From positions 91,202,001-91,266,000 of the forward strand of contig NC_042999.1 in assembly GCF_006345805.1 (NCBI RefSeq): 64,000 bases of DNA. The letters run 5' to 3'. The translations under genes and the position numbers were made by a program. Below, piece after piece: positions 53,813 through 64,000 of this stretch. Under the pieces are notes generated by a model, which saw only the letters and a list, made by a program, of their open reading frames with translations, was not told where the DNA came from and ran no database searches. The DNA is from Octopus sinensis (taxonomy: Eukaryota). The stretch's first letter is position 1. Each line of letters starts with the position of its first letter.

Positions 53813-54239
53813 GCAAAGAACATGCTGTCTCCACTCCAGTATAGAGTGGAGACCGCATTTTTTTTACTATCTCCCTAACTTCTTGGAGATTTTAGGTAAA
53901 TTATAATAATGTGTCCATCTGTTCAAATTTAATTAAATTCTATGCCTTTGTGCAGCTGAGGGTTGCTCTGCATTTTAAATTGGTGTAATGATTGCATATT
54001 TCACTTAAATGAATTTGCATGAAACGATCGTACCGGATTTAGGTGTCTATAGAATACTTACCAACTCATGCGCTAATTCAATGAGTAAGCATTTCCTTTC
54101 ATTGGAAAATTAAATGCTCATCGTCGAAACAGGTTGAGACCTGTATATTCACGTAGACAATAATGTGTAGTCTTGTGTAAATTATATTGTATATATGTAG
54201 GCATAAACAAATGATATATATATTATTTATTAATTCCTT

Positions 54240-55070
54240 ATAATTGTCGCCACTTTGTATTTTTAATTTCACGCAGGCACATTGTTTTTGATTTTGTCCA
54301 CTACACAGTATAGTAGGGTCAGTTGGGCACCTCTTTGAGAAAAAACAGCTCCATAAAGCAATTCACTCAGCCAGATATTTGGAAACGACATGCTGTGCTG
54401 CTTGGCTTTCGCGCCGGAAGCTCCAATACTAACATTTCAGAGTGTTTGGGTATCAATCTGAGGATAGTACAAACCGAGGACATTACCGAGGGTGGTAAAA
54501 ATCAAACACCCAGTCAACATCATGGTGTTTGGACTGATCACTCATCTTCCCACACAGCCTCAGTCCCAACACGGAGGCCTACATCAGTGAAGCAGGTAGT
54601 GCTGTTCTGGGTCAAGAGGGTGGCTGCTGGAAGATCCTATATCTAGCAACAGGACTCTGCATGATGCCACACATGTAGGTGAACCCAGTATTGACTTTTA
54701 GACAATTTCTGCGACCACATCACCCCTAACATCTGGCCATCTAACTCTCTAGGCTGCAACTCCTTTAATTGTTATGTGTGAAGCGCATTTGAGCGAGAGA
54801 CCAACAAAACACCAAAGAAGAATTGAGGCAAGAATTATGGCAGCATTCACCAACTTAAACAAGGAGACCGTGCAGAAAGAGTTGCAGGAGATTCCGAAGT
54901 CGTCTGGAGGCCGTGGTTGAAGCCAATGACGATGTTATTGAATAAACTTACTCTTTAGTATTTCAAGATATTTTTATGTAATTTTGGTAAATATATCTGT
55001 TAAAATGAGATGTCAGTATTATTTTCATTTTTGCGTAATTTAGATGGCAGTTTATTCGCCGCACCCTGTC
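54240..55070 (+). mobile_element. Tc1/mariner-superfamily remnant, probably maT/DD37D-like
   Basis: NIMVFGLI, QQDSA*CH, IWPSNSLGCNSFNCYV (cf. WPPNSPDCNPLDY), RRFRSRLEAVVEA; right TIR ...CGCCGCACCCTG. Confidence 0.75.
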
Positions 55071-55277
55071 TATGTGTGCGTGTTTGTGAGTGTGTGCGTG
55101 TGCGTGTGTGTGTATATACATGCATGTGTATTCATATATATACATTTATACGGATATATCCATGTATATATCTATATAAATATATACATATTTACATATT
55201 TACATGCATATACATACATAAATACATACACACACACACACTCACGCACAAACATCATGTATATATGATATATATAT

Positions 55278-55343
<66 letters not shown>

Positions 55344-55355
55344 TATGCGTATATG
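55070..55355. repeat. TG/TA/CA compound microsatellite
   Basis: Direct observation. Confidence 0.85.
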
Positions 55356-56477
55356 TATTAGTGCTTTCATCATATGTCAAAGGTAATGGATGTGTATTAG
55401 AAAATGTACAGCCGTGAGCAGAGGGAATTTAATAATTATCCCAGGAAAATTCAAACCCTATCCAATACAGTACCATTGATAATTTGAAGCACAAAAGAAG
55501 GATGATCGTGTTTTATATATATTCTAAGTCACTTATAGCGTATAAATGTCATAAGATCAGCAACGTGCACCATTTTTTCATTTATCCAGAGGATATGGAT
55601 GTAATTTCCAGGAAATTAAACTCACTCGTGATAATGGATTATTTTTTTGCAAATAGTTTTGGCATATGAATTGTCAAAGATAGGCATATGTCATTGTTAA
55701 ATTGGCTATTCTTATTGCATACTCATTGTAACTTACAACTTTTTTTTTATCTTTGCAATCATTGAAATATTCCATGAATGCCTTCATCCTTTCTGTGTAT
55801 ATAACTCATGAAAATATTAACGTATAATGCAAAACTGAGGCCAGAAATTTATTTATCAGAAAGTTTGGATCATAGAGTACATATTTACAAGCCTTTGTAA
55901 AATACATATTTAATTTCTCATATTAGCGTAAGCCAGAAATTTAAGTAGTAATTACTATGTCAGTGCAATATTAGTTAATAGTAGCCGAGGAAGTAACATG
56001 GTCTATAGAGAGCCAAAATGCTGAATATGCATAAAATCAGGGGATTTGATTAAGTAAGTGGTTGGTATTCGTTGTAGTTACAAACTTGGTACCGATAGCG
56101 TCGACTTTAAAATGCTGAATTTTTAATGAAATTAGACTAAAGATAATACTGTAACATGTTCAGTCTGGCGCCTTTCTTTCAGTAATTTCCAAATCGTTCA
56201 ACTGGGTAACAACAATTGAATGAAGTGGCAGAAGGACAATGGTTAGGTTACTGAGGGGTTAGCTGTCAGATTGTTGGGGTTATCTTGTCACTGAGACTCC
56301 GTGTTTCCTTGGAGAGTGAACCAATTCATCAAGCTATGAGTAGGCTTCATAGGAAAATGTAATAATCTATTTAGCTGTACATAGACACCAAATGATAATA
56401 AAGTCTGCCTAGTTGTAAGTAGGAACCTCGATATGTTACACATCTAACTGTAAGTACCACTATGATATATATATATA

Positions 56478-57388
56478 CAAGATGGTATCAAAAAAAGCTC
56501 TCGGACTAGTTCTGTAGCTCGCCAACAGATGACGGCACAAGGCTGCGTGTGCAGTGAGAGCTAGTAATGACCTTCGTGAGGCAATGTGCCGAGTGACATT
56601 GCTGTGTTTACTTCGTAAGCTGCGAAATTTATGCTTTTGTGATCACGTGTATACTGTAGTCTGCGATTTTGTCATGGACAGAAAGTTGGAACAAAGAGCC
56701 AACGTGAAATTTTGCGTTAAACTTCGGAAATCTGATACAGAGACATTGAACATGCTTCGGCAAGCTTACGGTGACGTGGCACTGGATCGTACGCAATGTT
56801 TCGAGTGGTACGGGCGTTTCAAAAACAGAACAACGTACTTGGAAGACGATCTGGAAGACCTACAATGAGCTTCATCCTCGGAAATGCGGAGAAAACTCAT
56901 CACCTTGTGCACGAGGATCGTCGGAGGACAATCAACGACATTCTAAAGCGTTTCAGGGAGGACATTCGCCGAAAGCGACCGGATCTGTAGAGCGCGAAGA
57001 ATTGGATTCGTTATGACGACAATGCACCTTATCAGCAAGCTCTCCTCACTCGTAAGTTTCTCGCCAAAAACAACATGGTATCACTTCCATACCCACCCTA
57101 TTTGCCTGATTTAGCACCAGCGGACTTCTATCTCTCCCCCAAGATGAAAATGCAACTCAAAGATCACCGTTTTAACACCGTTGTCGAAATCAAAAGCGTA
57201 TCGCAGAAGGTCCTCGACTCGCTTACGCAAAACGACTTCAAAATCGGATTCCAAACGTGACAGGAATGCTGGGACCGATATATTGCTGCACAAGGTGACT
57301 ATTTTAAAAAAGATAATGTTAAAACTTAAATAAATAAATTATCGTTTATAAAACATAACTTGTCCTGGAACTTTTTGATAGCACCTCG
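56478..57388 (+). mobile_element. Internally deleted mariner with both TIRs and TA target duplication
   Basis: TA|CAAGATGGTATCAAAAAA ... TTTTTGATAGCACCTCG|TA; MDRKLEQRANVKFCVKL from 56674; PPYLPDLAPADFY. Confidence 0.9.
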
Positions 57389-57483
57389 TATAGTAAATTT
57401 AAATGTAAGTAGATATTGTAGCAAATGCACAATTTACCTAAACGTAAGTAGGAAATAAAGGTTTATATAACTCAACACGTAAA

Positions 57484-57728
57484 GGCGCATGGCTTAGTGG
57501 TTAGGATGTCAGCATCATGAGCGTAAGATTGTGGTTTAGATTCCTGGACCGGACGACGCGTTGTGTTCTTAAGCAAAACACTTCATTTCACGTTGCTCCA
57601 ATCCACTCAGCTGGCAAAAAGGAGTAACACTGCGATGGACTGGCGTCCCGTCCAGCTGGGGAACACATACGCCATTGAAACGTGAAATCGGGCCCATGAG
57701 CTTGGCTAGGCTTTAAAAGGGCGCATCT
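57484..57728 (+). mobile_element. SINE family C-related copy with V-domain-like core
   Basis: tRNA-like head; CTGCGATGGACTGGCGTCCCGTCCAGCTGGGG; tail shared with the 21704 copy. Confidence 0.85.
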
Positions 57729-58769
57729 ATTTGACATAACTCAACACAGAAATTAGCAGGAGTACCGTAAACTAGATGAGATCGTTCCGATCAATTTCAA
57801 TTCGGAGGAAAATTTATTTAGCAAGAAAAACTACCTGCTATAAATATACAGACGGAGATATGTGTCTTATTTTCTTAAATATATAGAAACCGGAGATAAA
57901 TAGCTCTCTTCTCGCTAAAAGTTTCTACTTTTAGGAATTAATCTTAGTCTACTTGCGGTTATGTAATAGCGTAAGAGGTTTTATTTAATTTTCTCTCCGT
58001 TTCCACCACCCGCGCTCTCTCTCTCTCTCCACTCCCCACTCTCTCTGACTCTATAATAAAATGGCCTGAAAGACACCAGACAATAAAACAAACAAATTAA
58101 AATTGCTTTATCCCATATGTTGTTATTTCTTGTTCATTATATATTTTTCTCTACGAATCATTAATTTATTTTAAGAATTCATTTAAACATCCTAAGCAAT
58201 GTTTAACCTGGAAGGATCATTAAATATCTACTTAGTGTTGCTAGGCAACCATTAACACTATTTTCCTCACGTAATATTGAAAAGAAGTACCTTTTAAAAT
58301 TTTCCCCATATTTTAACTACTTTGTCTCCGTGTTTTAATTTTGTTCTGGTTTCCACTTAACACGAAATTCTAATGGAGCATGGAATAAGAGAACTCATCC
58401 TGAAACAGCTTTAATTCTCGCTAAAAGCAACCAACAGGTCATTAATTAAAGACATCATGTTTTCAAAAGATTCTGTAAATCAGGTTTGTAATTGATAAAT
58501 ATTTACTAACTTCGGTTAGTCTCCGATTTGCAGGGGGAATAAATTAGAAAGAATCAGATTGGCAGTTTATGGAATATTAATTTCTATTGATTCATTAATT
58601 TATTCCAGTATATTTTGTGTACTATGACATCAAGTTAATAAACATACTAGATTTATACATAGTCCATACACACATATATAAATCATACAGATAGATTGAC
58701 AGATAAGCTGATAGATGGGTAGAAAAATACATAGAAGGATAGAAGGCAGGTAGATAACGGACAGACAAA

Positions 58770-58771
58770 CG

Positions 58772-58833
<62 letters not shown>
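58770..58833. repeat. (GATA)n
   Basis: Direct observation. Confidence 0.95.
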
Positions 58834-58834
<1 letters not shown>

Positions 58835-59321
58835 TTGTAAGTATTTGTGTAATCAATTCTAAGGAATGAAACACGCGGACGATTACAACCGAACGGTGTT
58901 TGTTTTTAGGGCAAGGTTATATACAAAACTGATGTCCTTAAGTAAAATGGAAAGACAAGGCATCGGCGGGGCAATGCATGCCCTACGCGAAGACAGAATT
59001 TTCGCAATTTATTCTATGGCTTGCAATGCGTTGCTTACCCATGCTTTTTAATTGAACTGAATAATTTTTTTAAAGTATCACCATTATAGGTATTTATACT
59101 TCGGTGAAATTAAATCAGCTCGTAAATAAATGAAACCCTCGCGTCCATCACTGGACGCCCCCCCCCCACACACACACACATTCACACACACACACACAAA
59201 CAGAGTCGCATATCGCATATCTATGTATGTATTATATATATGTATGTACGATAGTGCTCAGTTTTATTTCAAGATCTCTTTCAACATCAACAAGGTATGT
59301 ATGTATGTATGTATGTATGTA

Positions 59322-59359
<38 letters not shown>

Positions 59360-59360
<1 letters not shown>

Positions 59361-59688
59361 TTGTATGTTTTACTTTATGTATGTATTCTCATGCATATAG
59401 TTGCATATTGCATATCTAGACATTCTCATTTATATTTAAATGATAAACTTCTGGAAAGTTTTACAGATTTTTACAGTTCCAGTGGTAGATTGGAGCTGTA
59501 ATCTTCGAATTAGCTTTCTAATTTCTGGTTTTGAGAAGCCTAATTTCTCAAGATTGGTATTTAGGCAGTATGTTACATATCCAAGGGTCCCAATAATTAC
59601 AGTTATAAACTTGAAATTGTAATCTGAATAGGATAACTGCAGATTTCTCAATAGTTCAACGTTGTTTCACTCATCTTCAGCTTTATGT
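59360..59688 (-). mobile_element. Short 3' copy of the 48 kb R4-clade family
   Basis: Matches 48122-48445 including the 3' UTR; (TG)n/(TATG)n on both sides. Confidence 0.9.
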
Positions 59689-59703
59689 ATGTATGTATGT
59701 ATG

Positions 59704-59737
<34 letters not shown>

Positions 59738-60024
59738 TGTATGTATGTATTATGTATGTACGTGCGTATGTATATACCCACTCATTTCTACGTGCATAGG
59801 TACACCATAGTCTATACATACGTAGAAGAGGGTCGATTCATATGAAAAAGAAAGTGAACAAAATGAAATACTTATATTGCATAGAATCTAAGTATTTTCA
59901 ACGTCTTTCGATGATGGCAGGTGAATCAGATGTACTGTAATTTGTTGTAGGATACAAATAATATGACTACTTATTTATCGTGAAATATGTAAGTTTGATT
60001 TTTCAATTATTTCTTTTTTTTTTA

Positions 60025-60107
60025 AGTTTCACTATTACAGGTATTTATACTCTAGTAAAATAAAGAAATCAACTCGTAAATAAACGAAACCCTCGAATCC
60101 ATCACTG

Positions 60108-60152
<45 letters not shown>

Positions 60153-60345
60153 TTGGATGGTTATGTATGTATTTATGTATGTTTGAAGATAAACAAACGA
60201 GATTTTCATCGGTTCGAGCCATTCCCTCAATGAGTATATCTGCCAAATTTAGTGAAAATTCGTTCAGCCGTTTTCCAGTAGTTTTGCAATCACACAAAGA
60301 CGAGTGATTACAATACCCTGCCTTCACTTTACACGCGCAAGGTAA
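60025..60345. mobile_element. Probable HINE-like repeat; first about 85 bp duplicated at 59075-59160
   Basis: CTCGTAAATAAA.GAAACCCTCG..TCCATCACTG at both sites, each followed by CA runs; AAATTTAGTGAAAATTCGTTCAGCCG motif. Confidence 0.45.
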
Positions 60346-60406
60346 TAATCTCTGCTATCATCCCATGCTTTACGTTCGAATCTGATCAGACGAACTGTGC
60401 ACGCAC

Positions 60407-60441
<35 letters not shown>

Positions 60442-61119
60442 TGTGGTGTGTATGCATGTGTGCATATGTCCACGTGCTTCGAATATTTAAGCAAAATTTA
60501 TTATCTCATAGCTTGACTGTTTCTAGTTTAATTAACATGACTACATTCGAGTTACCGTGTAAGACAAGATTTGTACAGCTGTGAAGAAAATAAACCTACG
60601 TGTGAATGTATTTGTGTATCTTGTGTACATACAGAAAAAATATGAATGGAGTTGAGTTTATGCATTTATTCAATGCATTCTCACACATTTTATATTAATG
60701 AATTAATCTGTTATTTAAAGTGATACCTTATAATCAGATTGCATGAAATTATTTTTAAAAATTCTGGAGGAAAATATTTCAGTTATAAAAACTCCGAGGA
60801 TTTGATGATATAATTTAAATGTAAATTGAAATCTTGAATAATAGATTTATTCATAAACTAAATGGGCGTGAGCGTGTGTTAAATATGTACATTATCTCCA
60901 CCTGTGTTCCTTTGGAATACATAAACTGTGTTCAGAGTATCGATGGATAATGACAAAATATTTCAAAAGGAAAAAAAAATCAATCACTTTCTTCGGACGC
61001 ATTTTACGAACTACAAAGGAACAGGTTCTAAATTTCTGTCACATGTCATACTTCAAATGCCTAACTACACAGGTATATACACATATGTACGTCTAGATAT
61101 GTACATTTTCTTATCTCTC

Positions 61120-61275
<156 letters not shown>

Positions 61276-61477
61276 ACGTATCGTGAAAAAGTCTTCGGCC
61301 ACTTCACACTATTGTAAACTTCTAACAGCCAACTTATAAGTAAGTGTTTCGCATTGCGTTTTGTACAGATGCAACATTGGTCCTGTTGGGGTCATTTCAA
61401 TACCTAATCATTATATATTTTCTAGTAGGAGTTCTGAATGAGAGGGGAATATGCGAGACCACCACCAAAAATGACTG

Positions 61478-61830
61478 TACAAAAGTTTTCGGACATCTCA
61501 CACAAACCAATCAAGATACAGTGTTTAAAACAGAGAAATGTCTGTAATGAAAACTTATTACATAATGTTAATTTCAAAAGATTACTGTACATTTTTAATA
61601 ATTTGTATAGCTTCCCTTTGCTTGAATAATTGCTTCGATGCACCTGTGAAGAGAAGCGTACAAATCCTTCGCCATCTTCACAGATAAGAGATGCCATTCT
61701 CTGTGGCTGAGCTCCCACAACTCTTCAAGATTGCATGGATTCTTCTGACGAACTCTTCTCTTTAGTTCTGTCCACATTTGCTCAATATTATTTAAGTCAG
61801 GGCTCTGAGCTGGCCAATCTGTCAAAACGG
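61478..61830 (-). mobile_element. Tc1 transposase 3' fragment with terminal TIR
   Basis: DWPAQSPDLNNIEQMW...IEAIIQAKGSYTNY*; TIR-like CAAAAGTTTTCGGACA at 61480. Confidence 0.9.
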
Positions 61831-62042
61831 TAACACCTTCCTATCTATATGTATGTATGTATGAATATATATAAATATATAGATATATAAATAGCTATAT
61901 AGATAGATATATAGATATATATATATATATAGATATATATGTATATATATATATATTATATATATATATAGATATATATATATATAATATATGAATTGTG
62001 TACATGTATATGCATATGTGTGTGTGTATGTCTAAATGTTTA

Positions 62043-62868
62043 CGAGATACATCCTAGAAGTTTTGAGATTTTTTTTAGGAGAGACAACTATATCTGTCGT
62101 AGATTTTTGTAATTTTAGTATATCATTACTATACATCTAATAAGTCGACCTGCCAACTTTTGCTATTCCAGATGAAGGAGACAGGTGCAACAGCACTTTC
62201 AAAGCACCATGTTAAACATTACTTGTCACAACTGACTAATTTGCAGAATACAATCGGTAAGTGAAGGGAGGTTGGAAGCTCACTATGCAATAACGTTTTA
62301 CGTTAAATAGCGCAAAAACGCCACAGAAACCTATAAAATGCTTCAGGATGCTTATGGATTAATTTGTATGAACCAAGTATGTCTTTCGCTGGCACAAGAG
62401 TCCCGGCAAAGCAAATCCACTGGTAGTTAGGGCATTATCTACATCCACCGGGTTCTTTCTGACCAGAGGTCAACAAAGAGTTCTTTGTGGACATTATGAT
62501 GGAGTTCAGGAAGAGATTTAGCCACAAAAAGGCTCTAGCACCTGCGCCAATACCATGTACAATATACCAGTCTACAATTCCATCCTGGTATCCAAGTACA
62601 GGACAGAGATGGGTGTCAAAAGTGTCCCTCGCTCTCCCTTCAATCCAGCCCTTGTTTCCTTTGATTTTTTTTTTTGCCAAGCTGAAAGAGAAGATGAAAG
62701 GGGTGTGATAAGGGTTCTGAACACCTAATTTTGGAGAGCACACATGGGGCCTTCATGAAGTGGTTGGAGCGCTATAATAGGTGCACTGAAGTCAGGGGAT
62801 CCTACTTTGAAGAAATGAATAAATATCTCGCCTGAAAAAGTCTCAAAACTTCTAGAAAGCACATTGCA
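62043..62868 (+). mobile_element. Deleted mariner remnant with TIRs
   Basis: CTAGAAGTTTTGAGATTTTT vs AAAAAGTCTCAAAACTTCTAG; ATETYKMLQDAYG; PFNPALVSFDFFF..KLK. Confidence 0.8.
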
Positions 62869-63366
62869 CACACACACGTGCATGCGAATGTGTATGAGTT
62901 TGTGTGTGGTTACTCTAGCTAGTACATCACATCTAGTTATCCAAAATTCACGTCCACTATTACCAAACAGGATTAGTGCAATGCGAATCTAGTCTGTGCG
63001 AATCAAAATATAAATTTAGGTTTGATCACAGTGTAATGAAGTAAACATATATCTTCCATCGGTTTTCAAAATTGAATATTCCAAATGTTAAATCGTTTTA
63101 GATGATGCTGTCATTTCAGTGATTCACTGCTTAACAATATTTAAAACAGATGATTGTTACGTCAAAGTAATTTGGATGCAGAATCAGCATAACATTATTT
63201 GTGAGAAAATTCGCTTCTTCAATTACAGATAGAAATTATCCATTGGCGGTTTCAAAGCAATGGTTGGAAAATATCTGTTCAGGATGCCGCATAGTGGAAG
63301 CTAACTCAGGACATTATTATTGAAAAGTAAAATTGTTTAATCAATCGACCTTTCTGTGTTCTAAAC

Positions 63367-63391
63367 ATGCACACACACACACACACACTCT

Positions 63392-63465
<74 letters not shown>

Positions 63466-63763
63466 TACACACACACAAACACAGTCGAGATAAATTTCTA
63501 TGCAAGCAGTCATAGTGTTAACATGAGCAGGTCTTCCTCGCACGCTAAACTGGACGTTTTTTCCGAATTCTTTTTCTGTTTTCTTTTTCTTTCATTAGTT
63601 CTAACTTGTTATTCATCACTTTTATTCACCTATTTTCCATTCTTTGGCCTCTTCTACATTCGTCTGCGAACTGTTTCAAAGCAAATACTATTTAAACTTT
63701 GTTCCTAATGTAATACAAAATCATGTACATGCATATATGCTTAATACATATATACATATGTAT

Positions 63764-63840
<77 letters not shown>

Positions 63841-63942
63841 GATATACATATATAAAGTGCGTGTGTATGTATGTATATATATATATATATATATAATATA
63901 TATATATATAATAGATATACATATATAAAGTGCGTGTGTATG

Positions 63943-63984
<42 letters not shown>

Positions 63985-64000
63985 ATACATATATAAAGTG
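63367..64000. repeat. CA/CT and long (TA)n microsatellites with a local about 90-bp duplication
   Basis: Direct observation; GATATACATATATAAAGTG recurs at 63841, 63915 and 63982. Confidence 0.85.

Overview
This is AT-rich eukaryotic non-coding DNA packed with microsatellites (TA, CA, GATA, TAA, TATG, AAG) and decayed transposable elements. The repeat families look like an octopod cephalopod genome; that assignment is an inference from recalled SINE motifs and composition. I found no intact host protein-coding gene, rRNA, true tRNA or CRISPR array, and most ORF-track entries are microsatellite read-throughs. Recognisable content: at least three tRNA-derived SINE families, seven Tc1/mariner-superfamily remnants plus MITEs, R4/Dong-like RLE LINE fragments, one CR1/L2-group LINE, Penelope-like element (PLE) RT and GIY-YIG remnants, and Helitron/Helentron-type non-autonomous elements. 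The most notable signal is a retrozyme-like family. A 465-bp tandem unit at 39333-40380 (minus) and a diverged copy at 16998-17486 (plus) each carry a type I hammerhead ribozyme (HHR) fold with a long stem II, a palindromic stem III and compensatory changes between copies. Both insertions sit in (TA)n and end in an inverted copy; in the 17 kb copy the inversion starts at the predicted self-cleavage site. Several more degenerate or minimal HHR motifs occur at PLE-like ends. Boundaries of degenerate repeats are approximate (about +/-20-50 bp). All folds and alignments were done by eye.
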